Origin: Diadema antillarum
Lineage: Eukaryota
Direction of reading: 5' to 3'
Length of the DNA: 64,000 bases
Assembly: GCF_040938485.1 (NCBI RefSeq)
Contig: NW_027272137.1
Location: 806,001 to 870,000 of the forward strand
Shown here: in pieces, positions 12,501 to 24,626 of the stretch
Position numbering within the stretch: the first letter of the stretch is position 1
How the letters are laid out: every line of letters begins with the position of its first letter
The notes under the pieces: generated by a model
Databases searched by the model: none
Seen by the model: only the letters and a program-made list of their open reading frames with translations
What the model was told of the DNA's origin: nothing
Translations under genes and position numbers: made by a program

Positions 12501-15500
12501 ATCAGACTAGCTCATATTTTGACTGGATTTCCTCTTTAACTTGCTTTGATGTGGTCACGTGATTCGGATAAAAGTCTGAGGGAGAGATCGACAAATAATG
12601 AAAAGTGGTAGACTGAAATACGCTACTGGGATGAACAATGTGCAACATTTGTTGACTCAATCTGGAAAAGCTATGGATGAAAAATTAACGGAGAAATAAG
12701 AAAAGATGACTCAAGAGGGGGAGAGAGAGAGAGAGGGAGAGAGAGAAAGAGAGAGAGAAATACATGATGGAGGATATTGAAGGAACGAGTGATAGATAGA
12801 AAAAAGGAACCCTCGCACGTCATAGCGTTTATGCACGTAATCAGTATTACTGGGCGTGATCAAGCTATAAGCAATGATAAGTAAATACATTCACGTCTCG
12901 ACACAGCCTATGTTAACAGATAACCCGTACACACAGAGATCTTATTATGTAAGAAAGAAGTCTTTCTCACCTTGAGGTGACGTAATCACACAACAAACTC
13001 TCGAAGTTTGCTGAATACACATTAATAGCAGTAAAACCTATCCCTATATGCCTGCATATACAAATATGATGTAATATACGTTGTAAATGTGATCGTAAAT
13101 TGCTATAATAATACATGTATGACAGTATGAGTCTGTTAGGGGGGAAGAGTTGTCCCAAGTCAGTGTGTTTTGTATTTTCCACCATTGAATCCTCTCTTTC
13201 ACTGTAGAGTCTGAGCCGTGTCATAGGAATTGCTGTGGAAAAGAACGTGGATTCACGCTCAAATTTGTCGACTTCGCCCAACAGGTATGAAAAGTTCTCT
13301 TAAACCAGTAATTTCAGCAGACAAGCAAGCGCAGCACTCAAATACAGCACTTGACTCTCACGCCATGCACACATGAACACAGATACCTAAGTGGTTACTA
13401 TACTCTCTATACCCCAAAATCACGCCCTAGTGTTCGTTATTTTGTCAAATTTCAATGCAATAGCCATCATCAACCGACAATGCTGAGACTGTAGACTGAT
13501 ATCTATCAAGGACTCGTCATGTTAGGATTTTCAGGTTTCGTGTCCTCGGTCGACAAACACGTCACGTCACTGGATCTGCAACAGAAACATTAAAGTGGCG
13601 AAGGGGTCAAATTGTACTAATTAAATGTCAATTAACTCTGCACTTTGCAAAAAATGATTACAAATCTTACTCTATTGTCAAATATAAGTATTATACAGAT
13701 AAAGAACGACAGTAAATATTGGACAAAACACACTTATTTACTCCTAATGTTCTAATTATGTGGAAGCTGCAATACCTCAGACAACTCAGAGTTATCAAAA
13801 CGAATATCATTTGTGCCTCACTTCTTTTGAGCACCAGGTCACGAGTAATGCAGTAATATTCGAAGATATGAAAATTGCGTTATCTTAGATTTACTCTATT
13901 AAGATATAATATGATAACAATGAAAATGAGAATGATGATGACAATGTTGAAAATCGTGGTGATGCATACCATCACTTTTTAGAGTCGAACATCATTCTAT
14001 CGCATTACATCTGTTTTATATGGTCATCTTTCTGTAATGTTCATCATTTTCATTGTCAGTGTTCATAAACTTGGTATCTCCAGTATAAGCACGTTTATCA
14101 AAAGATAGGTAATGATATGACCTAGAGTGAAAGAGCCCGCAAAACTGCACATCAGTTTTGTTATTGCGAAACATCTGCAAAAAAAGTAAATTAACATTCC
14201 TTACATCTTTATATCTGTCGATACCATTTCATAAAGGTTTATTTACAATCTGATTCATTCATCCAGGTATTCTTTTTTAAGTCTTTATTTCCAACTCTAT
14301 TATCATCGTTGTCCTCATCTGCAAAACTGCTTGCGTCATTGTACATTTTATCATCACCAACACCATTTTTAATCATCGGCATTGTCATCCTATAGTAAAA
14401 AAAAAAAAAATACATGTAACATCATCGGGTTTTCTTTATTATCATCATCATTATCACTATGGTTTCGAGCTCCGTCATCATCATGGTTAACATAATCAAC
14501 ATTNNNNNNNNNNNNNNNNNNNNNNNNNNNNNNNNNNNNNNNNNNNNNNNNNNNNNNNNNNNNNNNNNNNNNNNNNNNNNNNNNNNNNNNNNNNNNNNNN
14601 NNNNNNNNNNNNNNNNNNNNNNNNNNNNNNNNNNNNNNNNNNNNNNNNNNNNNNNNNNNNNNNNNNNNNNNNNNNNNNNNNNNNNNNNNNNNNNNNNNNN
14701 NNNNNNNNNNNNNNNNNNNNNNNNNNNNNNNNNNNNNNNNNNNNNNNNNNNNNNNNNNNNNNNNNNNNNNNNNNNNNNNNNNNNNNNNNNNNNNNNNNNN
14801 NNNNNNNNNNNNNNNNNNNNNNNNNNNNNNNNNNNNNNNNNNNNNNNNNNNNNNNNNNNNNNNNNNNNNNNNNNNNNNNNNNNNNNNNNNNNNNNNNNNN
14901 NNNNNNNNNNNNNNNNNNNNNNNNNNNNNNANNNNNNNNNNNNNNNNNNNNNNNNNNNNNNNNNNNNNNNNNNNNNNNNNNNNNNNNNNNNNNNNNNNNN
15001 NNNNNNNNNNNNNNNNNNNNNNNNNNNNNNNNNNNNNNNNNNNNNNNNNNNNNNNNNNNNNNNNNNNNNNNNNNNNNNNNNNNNNNNNNNNNNNNNNNNN
15101 NNNNNNNNNNNNNNNNNNNNNNNNNNNNNNNNNNNNNNNNNNNNNNNNNNNNNNNNNNNNNNNNNNNNNNNNNNNNNNNNNNNNNNNNNNNNNNNNNNNN
15201 NNNNNNNNNNNNNNNNNNNNNNNNNNNNNNNNNNNNNNNNNNNNNNNNNNNNNNNNNNNNNNNNNNNNNNNNNNNNNNNNNNNNNNNNNNNNNNNNNNNN
15301 NNNNNNNNNNNNNNNNNNNNNNNNNNNNNNNNNNNNNNNNNNNNNNNNNNNNNNNNNNNNNNNNNNNNNNNNATCATCACCCCATCATCATCATCATCAT
15401 CATCATCATAGCCATCATTCTCGTCATCACCATTCAACATATTAAAGCTATCACTGCAGCCGTCATTATTAATCATTAACTGTTGCCATAGCGACTATTG

Positions 15501-16637
15501 TTATCGTCATTACTGTAAACTTACTTTGTTCTCTACCTTTGTGGCAACCAGGAGGTGATGCGGATTGTACGTCCTTTTAAGTGTTGTGCTGGCTGGCCGT
15601 GCTGTGCCTGTATCAATTACTGCGCCTATACCATCGATGTGGAATCACCTCCAGGAACAGTGATCGGCTCAGTCAGACAGACGTAAGATCCTAAGTTCGA
15701 TCTTTCGACTTAGACCCAAACTCAATGAAATACTATATAGCAGCCTTACCACAAAACAAGAAATACTGTCAACCTGGGCACAATTGTAGGTCACCAGATC
15801 ACCAGAGCTGATTCAATAACTTATTGTGAGCGCTCATAGTCTGGCATCCGTTGTAAGAAGTGCGCATTACATAAACGTTTTTCACTTAATATTTTCAGTA
15901 TTCATTTGTTTTGTTTGCTTTTATTGGCATTCATCTCCTTAAAAAAAAAATGCGGCTGGAATTTGACAAAGCTTGACAGAAACCACAGGTGGAAGAGGAG
16001 ATTGTAGTTTGTACAACTGGTGATAGTGTTATGGCCCTATTGGGTGCTGCCCAATAGACTCCCAATTAGAACATTTTCCGATTTTTAAAAAAATCTTCTT
16101 CTGGAAAACAAGGGATTAGATTTTGACTTATCTTGCCAGGAATCACCGATTCAGGAAGGGAATATAAAATAGTTTGTTCAGATGACGTTGGTAATCCACA
16201 GGGCCCTTCAGGCTGTTTCCCAATACCCCAAATTATGAGAGTAATGCCCAAGGCGTCTGCAGTAATCCCCAAATCTCAAGATTTTTTTTTTAAATAGTTT
16301 GCCTCAGTTAAAGTGTGTTGACGGACGAGTGCTCAGGTGAGCGCTAAATCTATGAGTCGTGTTATTCTCCAGTTTTAAAAGTAACAAGAAGCTCGTCGCA
16401 TCATCGCATCTTATGCTTTATTTCAATCTGACCCGGATGTAGTATCAGCGCGTGGAAGGATCATCTGGACATCCTCGATCACCAAGGCAACACAGTTCTC
16501 AAAGTCCGCGGACCCTGCTGCCCGTGTCAGGCCATCTGTTGCACGGACGACGTGAACTTTGAGGTACGTGTATTGGAGTTTCTCACCTCTCTGTTCCCCC
16601 CCCCCCTCCCTCTCTCTATATATATATCTATCCCTAG

Positions 16638-16689
<52 letters not shown>

Positions 16690-18648
16690 TCGTTACGGTG
16701 AGTTGCGTTACTTACACGACAGCACACGCAGAAACATTATAAAGAAAGTTAATTGAATTCCTAATCACTCAAAAGGATAATACGCAGATGTAACGAAGAG
16801 TATTTTTTATATGGCTGTCGTGAACCTACATGTATTTGTAGTGGGTTGATAGACATATATGTTGCTCTCAAATGATTGTGTTAACTAGAAAGCGTTTGAG
16901 AAGGTGAAGAAACAATGGAAATAATTGATACCAAACGAGATGTGACGTCATGCGACGTCATACTCAGGCCTTGATCCTTCACCATTGTGACGTGCTCGTA
17001 ATACCTCTGTCCTTGGATGACCGGGCGTTGGAATGGACGACAAAGTTATCCGTAAAATTGGTCTGATTTCGCCGGATTTGAGCTAAACAATTACGTAAAT
17101 AACAGTGTTTTCATCTAAAGATAAGTGTCTTTTCTAGGCAAATTCCTTTCTTTAAACAAAGTAATCTGATTTCTTAATCTACCTTGATGCTACATCCGCT
17201 TTTCTGAAGGTGAAAACGACTGATTTGAAGAATAACATCGGTGCGATCAGCAAGCAGTGGGGAGGCTGGGTCCGAGAGATGTATACCAAGGCAGATAACT
17301 TCAGCATGACCTGTGAGTATGACTTCACTTCAACCATTTCTATTGTCCAAAGAGATATCAGCTTCTCTATATTTGTTTTTGTTGTATGAAACAGAATCAA
17401 TGAAGGAAGCAACAGGGAATCACTATATAGAAATCATGGCTGTCTAGTAAAGGTTAACTCGTTTATGGATTTGAGCGAAACAATTTAAAGCTGAACAGCA
17501 TTTCTCCACTTGATCATAACACAGTTCTAGTGACAGACGAGATGATTTGATGAAAAATTGCTGAAAACGTGTAAAATCTTTTGTTTTACTCTCCTTTGCA
17601 GTCCCAACAGATTTGGATGTGAGGACAAAGGCGACATTGATGGCCGCCATGTTTTTAATCGTGAGTATCATGGTACTTCTGTACAAGCTTTATTTGTCTG
17701 TACACTGCCTCTAATGAATGCTAAGCTACTGAACATCGACAAGTTCTTTTCTCATAATGCTTTCATTTAGCAAATTGTAAAAATGGGAACCCTAGTGATC
17801 ATGGGAAATGAAATAATGGCGTGAGTCCTCTGGCGTTTGGTAGAACAGTATGTAAATACTGAAGGGACTATCCTGACTATAGGTAAGACCTTTCCATCAT
17901 AAACATTCTACATACATACACACACTCACACAGACACATTTTCACATACTTGCCAGTTTACACTTTTCTTTGGGTGTGTGTTTGAATGGTTTGTCTGCTT
18001 TATATAAGACAGTAACTGTGTAAGTAAGTGCTTATGACGACGCTGGTTAAACTTACAGTTCCTTATTCCGAAGATTCGTTATTGCGAAAGTTCGTAATTC
18101 CGACAATGAAATAAAATTCGTTAATCCCAAGGTTCGTTAATCTGAAAAAAAAAAAGATAAGGTTCGTAATACCGAAGGCTCGTTAATAGTTTTTTTTTTT
18201 TTCACTCTGTGATTAACGAACCTTATTCCATTGTCGTACTATCCAGTCTTCGGAATTACGAACCTTATTTTATTTTCGGAGTAACGAACCTTCGGAATAA
18301 GGAGCATCACCGGACGACGAAATCTCACTTCTAACATCGCTCCCTTTGTTTGTGAACTTCTCAGGAAACTGAAGTAGAAAAGGGAACATGAAGAATAAAC
18401 ACGGTTTTGATATCATGTCGAAGGCAAAATTGGTTTTGCTGATGAATTTCTTTTCAAGTAATTCGATTTAATTGATTAATTGGATCCACCTCGATCCGCT
18501 TCTCCACCCAAATGTCACAAGCAGTCTCTTAAAGTGTATAATTACTAAGCTGTGTTTGTTCAATATCTTATGCCTTTATTTCATTATTCTCTTTTTTTAA
18601 AATCAGGAATTTGCGTACTACGAGAGAAAGAAGAACCGCAAAAGTTAA
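9379..18648 (+). CDS. PLSCR: Phospholipid scramblase gene A (9 coding exons, 313 aa)
   Basis: Exons 9379-9570, 10520-10658, 11278-11355, 13208-13284, 15552-15682, 16443-16563, 17210-17312, 17602-17660 and 18607-18648 join in frame with GT-AG introns (942 nt). Contains scramblase motifs [51 protein letters not shown] and ADNFSMTFPTDLDVRTKATL. Confidence 0.95.
10520..10658 (+). CDS. PLSCR: PLSCR gene A coding exon 2
   Basis: [46 protein letters not shown]; atag| and |gtaaga. Confidence 0.95.
11278..11355 (+). CDS. PLSCR: PLSCR gene A coding exon 3
   Basis: (I)VTPFEMENKYVIKNSMGQQIYYAFE; gcag| and |gtaaga. Confidence 0.95.
11914..12539. mobile_element. Kolobok-like MITE with long TIRs (gene A intron 3)
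   Basis: Inverted GAAATCCAGTC.AAATATGAG.TAGTCTGATAA ends; internal inverted AAATCGGATG..AATAAGGAAGTTATGACATTTTGAAGTTT blocks; right end CCTCT|TTAA. Confidence 0.7.
13208..13284 (+). CDS. PLSCR: PLSCR gene A coding exon 4
   Basis: (E)SEPCHRNCCGKERGFTLKFVDFAQQ; gtag| and |gtatga. Confidence 0.95.
14504..15372. other. N-run (masked or unresolved) in (ATC)n-rich context, with a single A at 14931
   Basis: Direct reading. Other N-runs: 630-834, 6176-6332, 30283-30410, 43860-43994, 52780-52932. Confidence 0.95.
15552..15682 (+). CDS. PLSCR: PLSCR gene A coding exon 5
   Basis: EVMRIVRPFKCCAGWPCCACINYCAYTIDVESPPGTVIGSVRQ; ccag| and |gtaaga. Confidence 0.95.
16443..16563 (+). CDS. PLSCR: PLSCR gene A coding exon 6
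   Basis: (T)ISAWKDHLDILDHQGNTVLKVRGPCCPCQAICCTDDVNFE; gtag| and |gtacgt. Confidence 0.95.
17210..17312 (+). CDS. PLSCR: PLSCR gene A coding exon 7
   Basis: VKTTDLKNNIGAISKQWGGWVREMYTKADNFSMT; gaag| and |gtgagt. Confidence 0.95.
17602..17660 (+). CDS. PLSCR: PLSCR gene A coding exon 8
   Basis: (F)PTDLDVRTKATLMAAMFLI; gcag| and |gtgagt. Confidence 0.95.
18056..18311. mobile_element. MITE built of GGTTCGTTATTCCGAA-like units, copy 2 (gene A intron 8)
   Basis: Inverted ends CCTTATTCCGAAG.TTCGTTA / TAACGAACCTTCGGAATAAGG with repeated internal units. Confidence 0.7.
18607..18648 (+). CDS. PLSCR: PLSCR gene A terminal coding exon 9
   Basis: EFAYYERKKNRKS-stop after a pyrimidine tract and tcag|; matches the PLSCR DFMFFE terminus and gene B exon 9. 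Confidence 0.9.
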   Translation, partial: EFAYYERKKNRKS

Positions 18649-19516
18649 AGCCGGATTCTAGCACGGAGGACAATCTACACTTCGCAATTTCTTATGACTC
18701 CGTGGAGGATGTTTCCTCACCAGCAGCAAGAATCTTTCCATTTCTTCTGTTTTTCGTACTTGGACTTTACAGTGGGAAAGTGAGCATCCATTCTGTCGAA
18801 CACGGTCTCAACTAAGATATCGCCTGATTTCAGTATTGAAAGCCGTAAATAACACATTTCGTTGTATACAATTAGATATGATCTGACCGCTGTATTCATC
18901 GGGATTTCGAGAAGAATAGTGTCAGGTTTACTGAGTTGATTTCTTACCATCACGTGACCATGGCAGATGGTGGCCTGAACATGCTGAACATATAAGGAGA
19001 CGAAGTCACGTGTCAACTATTGTGTGACGTATAAGCTGCCCGACAATGGGCGGATGTCTGCTCTTTATTATTCAAGCAACTTCCTAAAAATATCGAACAA
19101 AAAGCAGACAAAGCAAAAACCAAAACAAACATGACATTGTCCAAGCTAGTTGTATCAATGGCGATTATAATCAGCTTTTTTCCGCATGATAACTCTCACA
19201 TTTGTATTCTGTATCAATTACAGTTATGATAATGAATATGTATGTAATCTTGATAACAGTAAGCCATGTTGTCAGTCTATGTAAACGCAGACGACATTAC
19301 GATGATTGATCTTATTGCATCACGAAATGGTCTGTTGTGTTATGATTTCCTGCAAGTTGTTGGATCGCAAAGATATTTATATCACAATTATGATGGTAAA
19401 GTACGCAGATATCTTTTGTGAATGGATGGCCCACCCTGCCACCTATTTTTCATATTTGTCATCAATTTCTATTTCTCTCTCTCCCTCTCCTCTCTTGTAC
19501 TCTATCGATTGTTTAA

Positions 19517-19888
19517 AGGGATGGTATAGTTTTGATTGAGACCTAATTTCAGGTTTCTAGCATTTTTTTTTTTGGTGAGATAATGAGAAACCTCTTATGA
19601 AATATGAAAAAGCATTTTAATTCCATGAGGAATTCAGCGTTTATTTGATGAAAATTGGTTTTGAAATGCCCGATATATCCAAAACAGAGCGATTCTAATA
19701 AAGTGTGGGACCCACCTTTTATTACGATCGCTTTGTTTTACTTTGTTTTTGGATGTTTCAGACATTCCAAACTTGATTTTCATCAAATAACCTTTGAATT
19801 CCTCTTAAAATGGTATTCTCTGCACTATTTCAAAAGTGTTTTCTTAGTATCTCGCCCAATTCTCATCTCCACAAATACTACCATCCCT
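19517..19888. mobile_element. Kolobok-like MITE, family 2 copy 2
   Basis: TTAA|AGGGATGGTATAGT ... ACTACCATCCCT|TTCA; interior matches 7717-8115. Confidence 0.8.
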
Positions 19889-20389
19889 TTCAGGGGAGGC
19901 CTTATGCAGTTTACTAATCAAACAATAGAGGCTAACAATACATTGCAATGGTTAGATCTTGAAATAAGGCCTGCAAAATACAATCAAACTACACAACGTA
20001 TACTTTATTATACATTAGTGTTAATATTACATTAGATGTTATTTACATGTTTATTTCAGTTTGTCAATATACGGATGTATTATATACATGATATACATAT
20101 ACACAATATATGTATATATATATATGTATACACATATACATAATTATGAATGTGTTGATATATATATATATGTGTTGATATATATATGACTTTGTATCAT
20201 TCTGTTATTCTGAGGTATTGTATGTAATGTTCAAATAAAATGTCTTCTGTCCCTGATGATAAAGTCCGAGATGTTTTTAATCATTTTGTTTATCATACCA
20301 TACTTATGTTTTATACTAAAAGAAACAAGTATTATGTTCTTGCTCCCTTTGACTATAAGCTAATTTCTGTGTATCAAAAGAATAGGCAG

Positions 20390-20421
<32 letters not shown>

Positions 20422-20660
20422 GTCTTTGTTCATGAGGATTGTATAAATTGAATATTGTATTTTCAGAATTGGACATTATGATAGCTTCTTCTCAAAGAGA
20501 CAGTCGAAGTCACTACCTAGGAATTGTATAGGGCGGCGAGACGCTCGAAAATTTGTGTGCAGAAATAAACCGTTGGTGAATACAGCATGAACTTTGTTCC
20601 AGTTTTGTTACTATATCTTGTTATCTTGCCAACACGTGGACAACCTAATCAACATATATG

Positions 20661-20662
<2 letters not shown>

Positions 20663-20710
<48 letters not shown>

Positions 20711-20722
20711 TATATATACATA
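20663..20722. repeat. (TA)n microsatellite
   Basis: Direct reading. Confidence 0.95.
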
Positions 20723-21089
20723 TACTGTATTATGTATTTGCTATTCTACAGGTGCACATGAACTATCATTTGCATCCTGTATTCATGCAATGACATATAC
20801 ATTTCATCTCATCCTCTTAAAATTGGTTTATGATAAAGTTCTTTCCTTGAAACATCAGTGACGTATAGTAGTACTTCGTTGATCATTCATAATTGTTACT
20901 CTTATTTGAATTCCTTCAAGTCAAATAGATCATTAAGTTGCCTTTTTTTCATTATTTCTATCAATATTCTTATCAGTTTTTTATCATTTTATGTCGTCTA
21001 TTTGTATGATTGGATGAAATCCTACTGGAGTATCCTGCACCACTTAAACCAATGGGTGATCTACATCAGTAACTAAAAAAGATAGGAGT

Positions 21090-22000
21090 CCGTAATGACA
21101 ACTCCGCAGTGAAAACAATGTGTCCGCTTTAGATTTCATAATCCGATTTGTCGATGGAGCAATCGTTGCCTCCCGTTTTGAGTGTTGTACGGGTTCCCTT
21201 ATCTAATTTTGTCTTGCAGCCAATCCAGATCACACTCGACCCGGCTCACGACAAAACAGTGACACTTTTCGGGCCTTTGCAAACTTTCGTGGTACATCCT
21301 CAAGTTAACTAAACACTCTTTCGAGCATTAGGAGTTCAGGTGTAAATACATGCCAGGGTGGTGCTTGGGAGCACATTTTCTTTTTCTTGCAAACAGTCGT
21401 CTACATTGACTAGATGCACCTCTTGCTAGTTCAGTCGCAGAACTTTGAGCCAATCACGTCCCAGCAGGTTTGGTCCCGCCCATTTGCTACCATTTAGCAT
21501 CATGCGCGTCGCTGTTTGCTGGTTGTGAGACGGACGCCCAACATTATATCACCATGCTGTTCCTATAATATTATATATTATGGCGGTGGCAATTAATGCA
21601 GAGAGCCTTGTCGAAGTTAAGTGTGACTTCAGCCATTGATAATTTCTAAGTTCGGTCGTTGCCATCGCGACACACCAATAGATCACGCAACATTTTCCTC
21701 AGCTTTGCTCCGATATTGATAAGTTTCACCCGAGTGATGAACTCTGCAAAATAGGTCGGAAACAGACTCATCAGATAGCAAAGACGATAGTTTGATTAAG
21801 CATGACCAAGGGTTTTATAAAGCCATGTGATTCGTGATTGTTGCAACAGTATCCGAATACCTCTAAGGCCTTCTGCAGAACATGTAAGCTGGCCACAAGC
21901 CGACAAGTCCTCTAAAAACATGACAGACGATAAGTAAAAATGTCCGCTTCTTCCCCGCAGCCTATATCGTTGGCTATAAATATAGGAATGTACTTCCATG
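21090..22000 (-). mobile_element. Decayed Ty3/Gypsy LTR-retrotransposon gag-pol fragment
   Basis: Minus-strand frameshifted peptides: FIANDI and MLRDLLVC...AEVTLNFDKAL (gag), HNQQTAT...GPNLLGRDWLKVLRLN (end of protease), KFAKARKV...RVECDLDWLQ...EPVQHS (start of RT); many stops. Confidence 0.8.
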
Positions 22001-22269
22001 CTCCCAAATTGTGGCAGCTATACCTATTATCGTGATTACTAAATGGCTTGATGAAATTGTAACGCTATTGCTCATCATCACCAAGTAATGATAGTAATGA
22101 TATCACGAACAACAAAGGCACGCATACACGGGGATCATGTTTTCCATTACAATACAGAAAGTAACAACAATAGTAACATCCAATGAGGCTAATTTTGGCT
22201 TACGTTGATGGTATTGACCCTTGTACTCTTTTTTTCCCCTTTGATCCATTTTCCCTTCGAAAGCTATAT

Positions 22270-22313
<44 letters not shown>

Positions 22314-24107
22314 TGCGTGCACTTTTTTTTTCTTTGTCTTTTGTTGGGGTGGGGGGGCAATCTTCTTTAATTTTGCTCGTTCAGTAATTAGTTATAGTTC
22401 ATTAAGGGATTGTGCTACAAGCCCTGCATGCCTTTCAGCAGTCCCCTCCATTTCTTGCAACCTTGTTTTGGTACGGTTGCATACATGTCACAATATGTAA
22501 TTGTATGTCCGTTTACAATATTTTTTAATGTTAATTTTGCCCTGACTTTGTATGACCACTAGCATGTAAATGTTACGCTGTACTTGCATTTTACAGGAAA
22601 TGAAATTAATGAAATGAATAAAATGAATGAATGAATGAATGGATGGATGGACGAAAAAGGTGCATTCCAATTTCTTCTGTCATTATTAGTGCTCTAGCAT
22701 TGTTTAGAACAGTGGATGACAAATTATACCATTGACATGATCTTGATTTGGAAGGAAATCACAGGGCGTATTTAAGCAATCTGAAACAAAACCATTATAG
22801 ATAATTATCAATTGAATTAAATTTGAAATTAAAAATTACAAAACATACGGCACGTATTTAGAATTTCATTAGTCGGCAATCTGTATGTGGCCAAATGAAT
22901 GTCTTGATATAATAATGTTGAGGGTATCATTAATCAAGTTAACACAAGTCAACATGCAGTTGCTTTGCATTTAAGTTAAGGTCCTTAAACAACGAAGAAA
23001 AGTTAAATCAATCATGTACTTTGATTCTTGGTTTAAATGATGTTGCAGTTGGGACTAGTCCTGATTTCTAATCGCACGTTATTTCACAGTTTTGATGCTC
23101 CATTCTTTGGAGAATTGGAATCCAGTGTAGCCCTCTCCGAAGAAGAGTGATCCTTGCGAATTTGTGCCTATTTTGAAGTCTATCTTATAAGAGCTACACT
23201 CATCAATTGCATTTGAGCTTCGGGAATTCACGTTTCCTTTTGTTGTTGTTTTTGTTGTTGTTGTTCAAACGGATCCTCCCCCCCCCCCATAATCCACCAT
23301 ATACTTATCTCAGTAGGGCCTATATGTGCACTGGATGGCACGATTTGAAAAAAGCCAAATCAAATCTCCTTACCGTGGAAGGGGCGCACACACCCTCCTA
23401 CACCCTTTCCAGTTATGGATAGTAATTTCGTATACACCCTCCTACACCCTTCCCCAAGGGTCGTACCCTCCTATACCCTTCGGGAAAGGTCGTGGCCTCC
23501 TTTTCCCGGCTCCCATAGAAACCTGTGTTAAATGCAGCATATTCCATAAATCATAAAAAATCAATCGAATCGTAGAATTTTTTTGAATTGAAGCAGATGA
23601 AGGGAAATGTTCTCTGCTTTCAAGCAAACAACATATTTTGGGATGTTGTCCAGCTCTAAAAAAAGTTAAGAGCCTCCATACGAGACTAGTCATCCAGTCA
23701 CTCTCAAAAACTATAAAAATAGCAAATTACATCAACAAAAATTCATTAAAATACAAGAACTCTGATTCATTCAACTTCTTCATAGCCTGCAGAAGCTCCT
23801 GTCCTCAAGCAATGTCAAACATTACCAAAGGTGGCAATTTTCCACTTGACTGGTTTTTAATTATTTTTTTGGTAAAAAATAACACTACCTCATCCCTGTA
23901 GGCAATGCGCGAGTTGAATTAGGATCGTGAGACCTCGTACACACCCTCCTACACCCTTGTCATGCTTCGCTCCCTCAGCGGTGCAGACGCATAATCTCAC
24001 GCCTGACGAGCTACTTTGTGGCCTGAGTAACTCTGCCCTGGTTACGGGCCTTCAATGACACAGATTTGAACAATAACTCGACAAAAGGCCCAACGCCAAA
24101 GCACTGC

Positions 24108-24222
24108 AAGTCTCACTAATCTTTAGTTGCTAGGCCCTATTCCTCGCGATAGAACACTGAACGTCAGCCTGTGAGAGTTGGGTGTGTGCTGCACTCTTCA
24201 ACTGAAGACTGCATTAGAAAGG
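24108..24222 (+). other. Putative non-coding 5' exon of gene B
   Basis: Ends in AGG|GTAAGA; patchy similarity to 6630-6731; start is approximate. Confidence 0.4.
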
Positions 24223-24626
24223 GTAAGAAATTTTCCGGCTAAAAACACTCATGTTGATGACGATATTGAAACATCATTCTTGTGTTGTGTTTTGATTATG
24301 ATGATTGCTACTTAGCCACTTACAGTATGTGCCAAGGTCACATAATGGGGTGATTTTGTTCAACGCCATGGGGATTGCTGTGCCAAATTATGGAATAAGT
24401 GCATCCTTCTTTATATTTATGAATAAGATAGATAAATTGCATTGAACTGTAACATTGCCAATCATTTTTTCTGTTATATAATTCCTATTTTTGTAATGTT
24501 AAATGATTTTGTATATTTTGCCTCTGTGTGTGCGTATGTGTTTGTTTGTTTGTTTATTTATTTTTTTTCGTTTCCTATACTATGTGTTGTGTAGAATGTT
24601 GTATTATGTAAATAGTTTTTAAACTA

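Noticed and set aside
14459-15476. 326-328-aa ORFs in the track
   Set aside because: They are made almost entirely of N codons with (ATC)n flanks. The same applies to ORFs across 630-834, 6176-6332, 43860-43994 and 52780-52932.
18056-18311. Repeated GGTTCGTTATTCCGAA units resembling a CRISPR array
   Set aside because: Eukaryotic intron, irregular spacing, units in both orientations forming TIRs, and no cas genes. It is a MITE.
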